A stretch of DNA of 63,709 bases, filler included, from Lenisia limosa (lineage: Eukaryota > Protista > Breviatea): NCBI GenBank assembly GCA_001655205.1. It is 13 parts of 13 records of this genome, joined end to end, with 100 filler letters (N's around TTAATTAATTAA, not from the genome) between each part and the next. Parts side by side here need not be neighbours in the genome. Positions count along the whole stretch, not along the records: positions 21,031 to 33,083 come from LPNZ01011208.1; positions 33,184 to 36,397 come from LPNZ01011491.1; positions 36,498 to 47,039 come from LPNZ01005514.1; 10 more parts are not named here. The stretch is one strand, 5' to 3'. This document shows positions 24,401 to 36,835 of the stretch, piece by piece. Under the pieces are notes generated by a model. It saw only the letters and a program-made list of their open reading frames with translations, had not been told where the DNA came from and made no database searches. Within the stretch, counting starts at the first letter, position 1. Every line of letters begins with the position of its first letter. The position numbers were made by a program, and so were the translations under genes.

Positions 24401-26950
24401 CATAATCTTGTAAGGTAAAACCTACATAAAATGAAAAAGGCTTAATAATATCATTAACTCAGGCACATTCCCCATACATCCGGCATATCAGGCATATCAG
24501 CTGCAACAGCCGTTACACCATCCAAGTGCTCCAAGTGGGCGGTAGCTCTTCGGGCTTCTAGGATTTCTTCCGAGTGTCTTTCGGCAAGACTCCTTGAAAT
24601 GCCGAGGCTCGGTTCCACCGCGTTTGCTCGAGATCTCTTCAGGTTTTCTTCCGCACTAACAAGGTGAAAATTAGCAAAAAACGGGTGATTCTCAAATGCG
24701 TTAAAAACGGCATACTATAGAACTACAGTAAAGCTAGTGTATACAATTAAACATCCAGAGAAAGATGGCATTTTATGTGATGTGAAGTGATAAAGGCTTG
24801 GCTGACATTCTTTTTCGCTCTATTGCTTCTTGAATCTTCAGCTGCCGATCACAGGCCTTTACCAACGAGTTACATTCCAGTTTGACACATAGCTCTAAAG
24901 ATTATTAGAAGTATTGGTTTTTGCAGGAAAATGAATCCTCTTGTGAGTCAGGAGTCCCTAGGGGTTCTAGTTGTTAAATGTTAACGCTAAAAAAGAATTG
25001 CCAAATATGATATGGAGAAATAAAGGACGTATCTGGACAAAGCCATGCGGACAATCAAATTTAGAAGATAAACCTCCGGTTTTGTTCCTTATATACCAGA
25101 GCTAAAAGACCTTTTGTCCCAGTTACCCCTGAATTTGGGGAGGATCCCAGGACTGAGTTCGACTGAGCCAGTAGTGGCACAGAGCAGCAAAAGTTCAAAC
25201 CATTCTAAAACCATAAAAAATGATTGCAAAAATATTTTTACCAGAGCAATTCAATGAAAAAGTAATTGCAGCCATCATGTAGCGCCATACCCTCATGAAC
25301 GTCAAGATCAATTGAGAAGTCACCATGGCCCCTAGGAGCGGTGTCGATGAGGGACTTGAGAAGAGGGGATATCGCTGCCACAACCATGCCTGGTGGGTTA
25401 CAACAAGGGTTCTGCATCTTACAGTGTACATCACCCCTCTCTAAAGACAACCATACACCCACCCACCAAGTGCACCAATTAACATTACCCTATTAAATCA
25501 TAGTCCTCCACAGTCCGCGCTTGAAAAAATCAAAGCTATGATGTGCGCTACCCTCTCCCTCAAATTACCCCCATTACGATGGCACTGGACTTGGTCTGAA
25601 TGACAACGGACAGTCAAGTCCGTAGCAATGCCATTCTGTAGCATCTTGGCAAGGTCAAGGTGCTCAGCTGAAACAAAGAACTGCAGGGGGGTGCAGAGGG
25701 GGGCTGTCACCTAATAGGTAAACTCTCTAATAACAGATTATTTCTGTTAAACTTAATGACGTGCTTGTGCCTGGTGTTATACATTAAGTGATTAAGCTAT
25801 GTCATAAAATTCCAGATGATAATAAATCTGAAATACTCTTCGTCTTGCAATATTCCCTGAAATAAACTATAACAATGCCAGTGTAACACACCTCGATATT
25901 GCGGTACTGAATTGGGGCATTCCAGGACGACACTCCAACGTACTTCACAGGTGTGGGTGACGGGTCGCGCCAGTAGAGAATTTCCCCTTCGCCAAGCTTG
26001 CCGATTCCAACTCGAACCACACCTGAACGTTAGCATTCTTGGCTAACAAGGGTAACGTCGTTTAGGAAGAGAGGGGGATCATAACAAGGGTAACGTGGTT
26101 TAGGGATCATTTCTTCCTAAAAGAAACAGTTTTAAAACTATCTTTAGATCTCCATTTTGTTTGACTGATCAAAAAAAGAGCAAGAGCTTCCCTTGTTATT
26201 CACCAAAAGAGAACTTTTCGATCAATTTGAACAAAATACAATTTTAGCGTGTATTATTTAGAATACTAAGAGCGTTTTCCATGTACCTTGCGAAACAGAT
26301 ACCCAACAGGACGTCCACTCGCCAGATTTAAGGACACCCTTGTTCTGTCGCTCTGTCTGTGGGGTGACTATGGCAAGTAAAATTGTCTAATGAATTGGAA
26401 CATATTAAGCGTTAGCCACTCTCATCATCATACCACAACATGGCACTTCGTAATTTCCGAATAAATCACCAACATCCCAACATACACCTTGTCACACAAG
26501 CATGAATATGACCCCCGACCCCCCACTGAAGCCACTTGCTTGCCGAACTTTCGGATTGCCGAACGCCTGTTGACCCATCCGCCGATAACTACTTCATAAT
26601 CCTGAAGGGTTAGACAATTCTTGACCCTGAAGGGTTTGTAATTCTCCTCTATACCCCTCTATACCGGAGCGCCGTCAGACCGGCCGTCCTGGGTATCGAC
26701 GTTGAGGCCCTCAAAGGTGGACGTGATGTCAACGGTGACGTCATTTGCGGCTTGCGCCTCGCACACAAACGCGCCCTCTCCTGGGGGGGGGGGGGNNNNN
26801 NNNNNNNNNNNNNNNNNNNNNNNNNNNNNNNNNNNNNNNNNNNNNNNNNNNNNNNNNNNNNNNNNNNNNNNNNNNNNNNNNNNNTGGCTGACAACACGAG
26901 GGTTGATAACAACAAAACAAATAAACCCAGGCCAGTTGCTTCTGCAGCAT
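21433..26950 (-). CDS. FAMeT (Methyltransf_FA)-BTB-BTB-BACK protein; ends approximate
   Basis: FAMeT-domain exons GEGAFVCEAQAANDVTV, DYEVVIGGWVNRRSAIRK, WTSCWVSVS and VRVGIGKLGEGEILYWRDPSPTPVKYVGVSSWNAPIQYRNI; BTB1 IATDLTVRCHSDQVQCHR; BTB2 DYSDVEVHL / GHRLVFAAWSDFLYTMLTGNFHESS; BACK ATLHFGRIVGSLQEF / LERDDLNVDDEDEVLPAISCWL. Confidence 0.85.
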
Positions 26951-27186
26951 TGCAACCCATCACTCCAGCGTTAGTAAATCGTAAATAAAAAAGCCCAGTG
27001 AAAATGAAAAAGTTATCGAAAAAAAACCATTTGTCATTTGAAAATAATAAAACAAATGAAGCCCCGGCCAGTCGTGAAGGGAGGTTAACTCAAGAAATTA
27101 TCATGATTTTACTGTCGAAAAGTAATACTCACGAACTGAACCATCTGAAACAGAAAAACAAACATTATGAACCAAAACGTGTAAGT

Positions 27187-30100
27187 ATGGCAAATCAATC
27201 CCTCCATCCTATCACAGATTATTTCCAACGTACACCCCCCACTAACCTGCGGAAGCGAAAGAAACATCCGGGCCCTTGCCGAGCCAAACAGTTCGCCCGA
27301 GTCGGCCCTCCAGTGACAGCACCCGGGGGCCTGGGGGAGGGGGGGTAAAATGAAAATTCTATATTCCAAATTAACTCAGCATTAACACATGAAGGTTGAA
27401 ACAACAATATAAACATTTAGTTAAAAAAAAACACATAGTATTTATATTTATGAACGTGTGATTGTGATATGGGGTAAAAATCAATGAAGCGAAAATCCTC
27501 TCACTTGTCATATCATTTTCTGTACATGGGGAGACATGAGTAAAAAATTGTCATATCATTTTCTGTACATGGGGAGACACGAGTAAAGAAACAATCGCTT
27601 CAGGATACACATATTAGCAACACCTACCTAAGACAGTTCTTTGCAAGTTTGGAAGAACGAAGTTTGACCTTGCACTGCCAGCTCGGGAGACCACCCCCCT
27701 GACACCGTCAACACATGGTAAGAATAGATAGGTTCATCAGAATGACTTCTACCCCATATCCAGAAGGGATACTCAAATGATTCACTGTTGAGTGATGAAA
27801 GTGAAGAGGCTCAATTAGGGTTTAATAGTTCCTTGTGTTAAAGCAATCCTCCATATCAAACATATCACATATCATATCACATCATATAATATCCTATCAT
27901 GGTATTAATATTTCATATTATATCATCTTACCATATCACAAATTACTCACAAATGTCACCATAAAGGGAAGGGCTAACATTTTGAAAAGATTAACTGCCA
28001 AAACATTCTGTTTCCTTCCCTCCTACTCGCTGGTGCCCTCTGATCTGACATCCATTGCTATAACACCATCATATGCGTGTTGTTGATCCCGTCTTTGCTC
28101 TTATTCTCTCTTCTTTGTTTTTTTACTCTCTTCACCGACAATTGTTTTATTGTGTTTTAGCACTTAGTCAGTTCTTATTTACCTATTTTCCTTACTGTTT
28201 TCCTATTTTCCTGATTGTAATACCAATCTGGGGGTTCGCATTACCAGGTGTGAATCAACTCCCTCTTCCCCTCTTTTGCTGCCGCTCTCCTTTAAAAAAA
28301 CGTAAATATATACGTATAATAATATCCGTATATCTGTCGCTCATCTCTGTCAATCAAAACAATAAACGTAAACGACCAGTTCTACATGTTCATATCCCCT
28401 CCTCGATCCTCTCTTCCAACATACGATCACTGAACAAACTCATCCGTTTTGTCCCCCTACCTCCGCCAGTGGAGCTGTGAACCTGGTTGCTCTTTCTGTT
28501 AGCAGCAGTGCGCCACCATGAAGTAGGTCGGGAAGGTCTTCTCTGGCGAATTATTATTTGAAGGGGGATTGTTGATACTGAAAGGGGTAAGTTTAATCCC
28601 GTATGGATCTTGCACAATAAATCAAGCTTACTTTTCCACCTGCTTACTCAGCAAGTTAAAACGGAGAAAACGGAGAAACAACGGAAAGTTTTTTTCAAAA
28701 GAAAAATACAACCAGTTCGTACTTAATAAGAGCAGCCCAACACACAGTTGTGCATCTAAATTTCAATTTCAATACTGATTTGGTATGTATGCACTGAGTT
28801 CCGCTGATAATACGTTGGATACCAATACTAAATAGTTTCATGACATTTCATTAATCTCTCGCAGAGGCCCTGCTCAGAAACCAGGTAAACACAAGTACTG
28901 CGAGATGGTGAAGAAACTCAAGCAGCTGAATGATGGGACTGTGGTGGGAGGGAACAGCTGGACGAATTGAAAATAGTTTCTTTCCCAATCATTTTGTCCC
29001 ATACTCGTTTCGAGTTGAAATATGTAATGAGAGGTTTGATCCTCTGAACTCCTTCCATATTGGCAACGTATGATTGGTATTCTTTTTACAGCTGTAGGAA
29101 ATAAATGGTTTCCTTGGGCAGTTTGATAAGGTTGATCTGTACTCAGGCCTCTGTGACAGGGTGGGAGGGATCTGTACTCAGGCCTCTGTGACAGGGGAGG
29201 GATCTGTACTCAGGCCTCTGTGACAGGGGAGGGATGGCATTTTTCAAGTTTCTTTTTATTGTGTGTGATTCATTGAGATTGAATGGTATCTCTGTATGGC
29301 AACTATTGTTCCATAAGTCTCCAAATGTCTTGTTTTTATAGATTTAGGAGGTACGAAAAGCCATCCTAAACTTGCGGAATAGTAAACACGCTGAAAAAAT
29401 CACTACTGTTGCTTTCTACTGTGCCAAGGTGAGTAGAGAAATGAATTCCTCATTGGTTTAAAGTAGTCAAAATCTGTGTCTTGATTTTATGTTACTAATG
29501 TTCATTACCGAACCTTATTGGAAACCAGATGGTAATTATTCCTCTCACTTACTGTTCAGCGAACGGCATCGGTAAGTGCACTTTTTGAACTCCTGGATGC
29601 CCGAAGAGATGACCTTATAATGGCAGCCTTTATTTCCGAAAACTGGCCCAGACTCTTGGGGCCGAGAGGGGTTTGTTGGAAGCTGAGCATGTTCTCTGTG
29701 CTGTGTTATCTTTTGTCTAACCTTACCCCAAAAAGCCATCACAAGCCACCTTACATGATATCTAGAAACAAGGCATCACAAGCCACCTTTGTTGATCTCT
29801 TGAAAGTATTGGTTTATAACGTCACCCCAAGCTTTGTTATTCTATTCTATCTTGATACAAATTTGGAGAGTGCTTAATAACTCTCTCACACCTATAGAAA
29901 TCCGGAATCACAATCCTTCATGAGTTTATTCGCCGAAAAAAGGTTGGATGTGTGCACTTAGTACGCCAAGTTTTGTTTTGAGGTGTTTTCTCACTCTCTA
30001 CAGATTAACTTCTTCGAGCTGACGTTTCCACACTTCCGTAGAGTTCAAAATGAGCTTCCTGCGACCGTGGTTTGTGAAGTTTGTGATTGTTTGTGTTCTC

Positions 30101-32915
30101 ATCCAATGCAAAACCCTAAACCTTACAGTCGAATGAATCGCTTCTCCATGATGCTGCAAGGATCGAAGAGATTGATTTTGTTGGTGTTATCCTTGATAAC
30201 ACGGCGCAGTGGGAGCATGACCACTTCTTTGCGATGCGTGACTCGGTTAGAAATCTTGAAATTCCATTTGCTTTCCTAGTGTAATGTTTTGATATAACAA
30301 TTAAGCGGTGCTCTGAGAATGCTACAGCTGAATTTACTAATGTCTTTTAAATAGAGACACATTAATAATTTGATATGTAGACCAAGTAAGCACTACGATT
30401 TTGCTGACCGAATCAATCCACATGATTTTTAATTCTGACTTTTGCTGTTTTAATACCAATTATTCATTGTTCAGTACGGCAACACCCCCCTCCATGTTGC
30501 ATGTGCTGCAGGCATGTTAGACAACGCATTGCGTCTATTTTGTCCAAAAGCAAATGCCCCAAATGCAGTAGGTAGCTCGTTTTACCACATTTTCTTTTTG
30601 TATATGTGTTGTTTAACATTTGTAATTTTTGTTAATGCTCTCTAGAGGGGGGATAGGCCCTATGATCTTCTTCCAGGACATTTGAAAGGTGCACTTTTGA
30701 AACCTGATTCCAAATACCATGTATTCAGGGTTAAATGAAATGTCGATTGACATCCTATTGTTTTTTCTTCTCTTAGACATAATGACGCAAAGGGAAGTGT
30801 TAATGAACAAAGGGAATGATCGTCAAGGTGTAATAATTCCTTTCTTTTCAGTCTTATCCCATTGGGTAGCTTTTCAATAGCCCCATTTGTTTCAATTTTA
30901 TGAAACCAGCCGTCCTTTAATTATCACAGGCTCTTTCAGTCCTCATCCCAGTCAACACAAGAAGAGTACCACTGGACCCCCTCTCAGCCAAGCCGTCCCC
31001 TGAGTGCGAAGCCCGGGTTCCCCATTATGACGCCAAGTACACATCAAGGGTAACCCCGGCCCTTGCACGCCAGTACCATTCAAGCTCCCGTTCGCCTCGA
31101 TCGTTTGTTGGGGCTATTCAGGATTTCTTCATATACTGTATCATATCTTAATATGATGTTTTGACGTCGATCTCAATGGAGTCTATGATCTTGCTGTACC
31201 CGATGAAATGATGTGCACATGTTAATGCCATATAGTATATACATATGATATAAACAGTCTGATATGTCGTAAAAACTTGCCTTTCTATCACAGGCGTCGT
31301 CAAGACTCGCGCTCAAGGTCCCCTCGACGTGACTACTCCCCGAGGAGGTTGCAAAGAAGGTTTACGGGGGGGGGGGGGNNNNNNNNNNNNNNNNNNNNNN
31401 NNNNNNNNNNNNNNNNNNNNNNNNNNNNNNNNNNNNNNNNNNNNNNNNNNNNNNNNNNNNNNNNNNNNNNNNNNNNNNNNNNNNNNACCATAGTTTACCA
31501 ACTTTCTTCAATATTTCTCTTTGTTTACAAATTTTTCTGTTTTCATTTATTCTCGTCTCAGGGTTAATGACAAAGTTGGATTCTTAATATCCCAAATAAC
31601 AGTTTACTTACTACACTCCAAAATCAATCTTGAATCGGGAATCTTCCTTTACAAGAGTAGTTTGGGTACAATCATACTAAACAAGATTATTATTATTAGA
31701 GTAATATGCATACAAAAAGGCGCATCAGAACACCTGCTATCGAGTCCCTCAGTCAGTCATGAACCGGCTTCCAAGTTGCCTTGCATCACTAGTCCTTCTT
31801 AAATGCGCTTCAAATAGAGGGTGAATATAACATCATAACCGGCATCGTCTTGAAGTCGATTCAGCATTTTGGAGGACAGATATTGAAACAATGGGTGACA
31901 TTTGTCCTGGTAAGAGTGGGTCACTCCACCACCAACTGCGTCCAAGGACCACTAGTGATGGAAGTTCATACGCATCTCTGTGTCCACTTCCCCGCCCACA
32001 AGGTTGCATCTAATTTTAAGAGAACACGTGACACTGACTTGGGTTTATCATTCACCACATGGTATATAAAGTGTACGATATCTGCCTGTACAGAAATATA
32101 GTTTAGTATATCAACACCGTCATTTACCCTGCTTTCTCTTAAAACCTTTGTTCTTTCTTCATAGTTTGCTTGTTCGTATTTGAATTACCCTCTTTGATTG
32201 TATAACCCATCCTATTGTTGTTTTTGTTGTGAAAGTCGCATCGCAGTTTTTTTTACTTCGGGTATCACATAATATGTCCCTTTTCTTAATAAAAAACAAG
32301 TCCTGAAAAATATCACATCCCAGGGGCCCTTTTTAACGTTTAGATCGAGGTCTCCTCGCCACTCCAGGTCTCCTCGCCACTCCAGATCTCCGAGACGACG
32401 ATCTAGGAGCCCACGGTTGGGGGTCTAATCTAATCTGCCAAACTATAAATTGAAGTGAAATCCCTAATCTAATGGTCTTGCTTCATGTCACGCTAAAGAA
32501 GCCCAAAGTCTCTGCTTTTCTGATATCACAATTAAGGGGGGAGAAACAAACTGATTAGGTTAATAATCTCCATAATGCTGGTCTCAATCTTCAGAAGATC
32601 GCGCCCATCCTCGCGGTCAAGGTCACCACGCAGACGGTAAGCTGTCGTTTCACGCAAAAGACGAAGGGGATAGTGATTCAATTCCGTATTACTTTTGTAA
32701 TTTTGATTTTGATTTTCAGTAGCTATCACCTCAATAATACTAATTCTCTTGGTTCATTCTCCTTGAATATCGTTCTTTAAAACCATAAGGAAACCCTCCC
32801 TTTCTTACTATCAAGGCAACGGTCATTCGAAAACTACCCTGATGACGCATGCGGTATTGACCCAGCTTCCATTCGAGTTGTCATCCAAAACGACCAGTCG
32901 GGACACAAGCTGTAA
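27187..32915 (+). CDS. Ankyrin-repeat protein with a C-terminal RS/RSP-rich region; start uncertain
   Basis: Ankyrin exons SLLHDAARIEEIDFVGVIL (about 30130-30243) and YGNTPLHVACAAGMLDNALRL (about 30474-30568); RS exons RRQDSRSRSPRRDYSPRR, SRSPRHSRSPRHSRSPRRRSRSP and RSRPSSRSRSPRR; last exon ...VVIQNDQSGHKL* (TAA 32913-32915). Confidence 0.65.
29135..29235. repeat. About 32-bp minisatellite x3 (gatctgtactcaggcctctgtgacaggg..)
   Basis: Three tandem copies without spacers. Confidence 0.9.
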
Positions 32916-33185
32916 GTGGGCGATACTCTGTCTGTGTTAACGTAATTATTGATATATTTTCAACCCTGTAAATATGAACTGCATTCTCGCAGACCCTTGT
33001 TTTGCTTGCTTTCTCAACTTTGACAAAATTCACTCCAGACACTTTACTCAAGAGTGTTTTGTTTCAGTTTTTGAATTTTATTTNNNNNNNNNNNNNNNNN
33101 NNNNNNNNNNNNNNNNNNNNNNNNNNNTTAATTAATTAANNNNNNNNNNNNNNNNNNNNNNNNNNNNNNNNNNNNNNNNNNNNGC

Positions 33186-36100
33186 ATTGAGCACGGCGAC
33201 CAGATCCGACGGCTCGAAAAAGATGTTGTGCGTAAGATGCAGGACCTCGAGCAGAACCACCAGTTGAATTTGGCAGCTCAGGTGGCTCGGTTGGAGGGGC
33301 TTCAAATTCCTTGGTTTAATCGTGTATTGTGGCATTAGTACTTATCATCAACCCCCCCTCCCCACAATAATTATAGGGCCAGTCTAAAACTTACCCCCCA
33401 GATACCATGAGTTGGAGCATGCATTGGAGGATACGCGCGCGCAATATGAGGCGCAAAACACCGACGTTGTTGCTCGATACGAAATGGTGGGGGTCTTTGT
33501 GTATTTTTATCATACTCAGGAAATAATAGATTGCCAATACATATTTCTTTGGCAGTTTGGTCAACGTATTTCTTTGGCATTTTGGTTTGTATTTCAAATC
33601 TTCACGGTATACACAAAGAAGATCCCACCTCTCCCCCCACTCCCCACTCTCAAACCCTTATATTTCTCAATTTTGCCAACTGAGTTGATGTTGAGTGTTT
33701 TAGTTTCATAAGTGTCCATTGTATTCCTCTCCCTATTCTTTGCTGGTACCCTTTCTCTACTTCTTGGTCTTTGTTTGCCATCAACCCCCAGGTTTATTAT
33801 ATTGATCACCCCCTCCCCAGGAGCTAGACGCTCTTCGGAATGAGTTGCGACATCAAGCAGTCAAGGCTGGCGAGAAGGAGGAGAAGCTGGCCGAAGAGCT
33901 GGAACTCACCAAGCTTGAATATGAAGAGGAGATAAGGCAGCAGGTGGGGGGCTTAACCTCATGTGATGTTATCTTTTTGTTTCGTGACGAGTCTCNNNNN
34001 NNNNNNNNNNNNNNNNNNNNNNNNNNNNNNNNNNNNNNNNNNNNNNNNNNNNNNNNNNNNNNNNNNNNNNNNNNNNNNNNNNNNNNNNNNNNNNNNNNNN
34101 NNNNNNNNNNNNNNNNNNNNNNNNNNNNNNNNNNNNNNNNNNNNNNNNNNNNNNNNNNNNCGTTCCACACCCCTATCCCCCGTTCTCATATTAACCGACT
34201 CACACGTCCTTGCAACATTCCAAATGAACTACCTTGGTCATTTTCATTTCCTTGCATTGACACAGCACAGGAGGAGGAGAACGAGGAAGAAGTCCGACGG
34301 ATGGTCGCGGAAGGCAGGCATGAACTGGCCCTGGAAATAGACAAAAACATGTCTCTGCGGGGTGAAAGTGCCCTTTTGAGGTGGGGGGAGGGGTCGGGGT
34401 AAAGAATACAAAGTCACCCAAAATAAATTGCACCGGGCTAATTGACAGGTTATTAGTCGAATGGTTTTACATACAGTGACCGGGATAAGTCTTGCCCGAT
34501 TTGGAATATGATTTCCCATAGAAAATCGGTCCCCGGTCACTACTTATCATTCTTTACTACCCCCCTCCCCCCATATCCTTGACCCCCGCAGGAGGCGATT
34601 CGATTCGTTCCGAGTTGAGGAGGACAAACTTCAAGGCCAGCTCCGCTCCAGACAACACGTGGGGTATACATTTGGATTGTTTTCCGGTCTTTTTCGTACC
34701 ATTGTGTAACTCATTTCACCACCTTCTTTTGAACAGGTTGAGCTGAATGTTTTAAATTTTATTCGAAGAAAAGTTGAAAGAAAACACAAACATTTTAATA
34801 ATTTTTTACCTCGCGCTTAGGAGCTGATGGAGGCTGCCCATAAGTTGGAGTCCCTTGACACCACCATTCAGAGGCNNNNNNNNNNNNNNNNNNNNNNNNN
34901 NNNNNNNNNNNNNNNNNNNNNNNNNNNNNNNNNNNNNNNNNNNNNNNNNNNNNNNNNNNNNNNNNNNNNNNNNNNNNNNNNNNNNNNNNNNNNNNNNNNN
35001 NNNNNNNNNNNNNNNNNNNNNNNNNNNNNNNNNNNNNNNNNNNNNNNNNNNNTTGTTGGTCCCATCACCTCCACCCTCCAAATTCGTGATTAGTACCTTT
35101 ATGCCAATATTCTTCATCGAAATTGTGTGTTATCAGCCAACAGAGTTGATTTTGGGATTTTATTTTTGTTTCATAAATTTTCCAATTTTACACCCCCCCA
35201 GATTTGTTCTGGACAACAAGTTGATGGCAATGAAGGAATTACTCGAGCCAAAGGAGCGCCAGGTTTGCTAACGGAATCGTAATTGTTGGATCCCTTCGGT
35301 CCGAAAAAAGACTGAATTTCTCGATAAACCTCTATTAATATCGATATTTGGTAGCTTTTTTCGGACTGTAGGGAAGCCTGGTTATTTATTGCTTGTTTTT
35401 GTGTCTTTCCGACCCCACTTTTTATCCTTTAGGGAGATGGTATTCCTGTTTCTGTCAGACATACTGATTTCATGATTCATTATTCACGTTTTGTTCCTTT
35501 AACACATAAATCAAATTTACCCCCCAACTCCCAGGTTACCGAAATGCGTGAGCGTATGCGCGATATGGACCAAGAGCTACAGAAACACGTCCGGGCAGCA
35601 GACAGCCTCGAAATGCTGGTCTCCGATCTAAGATCCAAGGTGGAGGGATGTGAATATGGGCTAAGATGCTATCGGTACTTTGTGTCAATATTCGTCAGCA
35701 ATCCCCCTCCTTCCGCTAGCCTTATACTTAGACCTTACCAGGGGGGTTTTGTTTCCGTAAATTTTCCAATTTTTCGCGTTGGTTACTAGTGCTTGTTATT
35801 GCTGGTTTTTTTATTTGGAGTTCAGATTATTCGGTTCGTGATTAATACCTCTACGCCAATATTATTCATCTAAATTTCCTTCGTTTACCCCCCCCCCCCC
35901 NNNNNNNNNNNNNNNNNNNNNNNNNNNNNNNNNNNNNNNNNNNNNNNNNNNNNNNNNNNNNNNNNNNNNNNNNTACAGCTTGTGAAAAGGAGAAGGCCGT
36001 GTCTCAGGTGGGTAGTGAAAAGGAGAAGATTGTTTCACAGGTACCTTTACACCCAGATTAGTGCCTTTACACCCAGATTAGTGCCTTTACACCCCAGATT

Positions 36101-36205
36101 ATTGCTGCAATATACCAGGCCTACCACGCGATGGAACAGTCCACTCCCCGCGAGCTCCTCAAATCCCTCTATAGAGAATACGTGTCCGGCGACTTCAAGA
36201 AAAAG
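33186..36205 (+). CDS. CFAP57: CFAP57/WDR65 coiled-coil C-terminal region (partial scaffold)
   Basis: YHELEHALEDTRAQYEAQ, EEENEEEVRRM...EIDKNMSLRGESALL, FVLDNKLMAMKELLEPKERQ / VTEMRERMRDMDQELQK and ELLKSLYREYV parallel the CFAP57 segment KFVLDYKIKELKKQIEPRE...MKEQIQEMEAELE. Confidence 0.8.
35289..35378. mobile_element. MITE family 1 copy (CFAP57 intron)
   Basis: cccttcggtccgaaaaaagactgaatttctcgataaa...ttttttcggactgtagggaagcc. Confidence 0.8.
36041..36102. repeat. 20-bp tandem repeat x3 (gtgcctttacacccagatta)
   Basis: Directly visible in a CFAP57 intron. Confidence 0.9.
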
Positions 36206-36243
36206 TGGGGGTGAAGGTGCTGTGAAACAAAGGGTTATAATGA

Positions 36244-36334
36244 GGGCTTCCCTACGGTCCCATAGACAGAATTTCTCGATAAATCCTCGATAAATCTCGA
36301 TTTTGACGGTCTTTTTCGGACCGTAGGGAAGCCT
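36244..36334. mobile_element. MITE family 1 copy (CFAP57 intron)
   Basis: gggcttccctacggtcc...gaatttctcgataaatcctcgataaat...ggaccgtagggaagcct. Confidence 0.85.
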
Positions 36335-36835
36335 TAGTTATAATGATGAGCGACAATTGAATATGTCTTTTGTGTTTCAGAATAGAATATCCGAATANNN
36401 NNNNNNNNNNNNNNNNNNNNNNNNNNNNNNNNNNNNNNNNNTTAATTAATTAANNNNNNNNNNNNNNNNNNNNNNNNNNNNNNNNNNNNNNNNNNNNAAG
36501 AGTGCAAGCTGAAAAGGCTTACCGTGAAACACTCTACAAAGCGTTTCAATGATCAATCCCGACTCAAAAAAAAAAACCGAATCCTATTATCCCAATATGG
36601 TGGACATTGTTAACATTCAAGTGTCAATCATGATGTTCTTGATTTTTATCTAATATAATTTTTTGATTGTGATTATTATTGGAGACCATGGGACAGGGCA
36701 AAACCAAATTAGAGCACTATTAAGATATCATATATATATATATTATATCAATACTGTTTTAAATTGGGACGAGTACAGCCTGTTTCTCTTGGCCCTGTAT
36801 TTTGAAGGGATCAGAATTCAGCAGCTTTCTCATGA

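Noticed and set aside
29135-29235. CRISPR-like repeat of about 32 bp
   Set aside because: Copies are directly adjacent without unique spacers, in a eukaryotic intron, with no cas genes.
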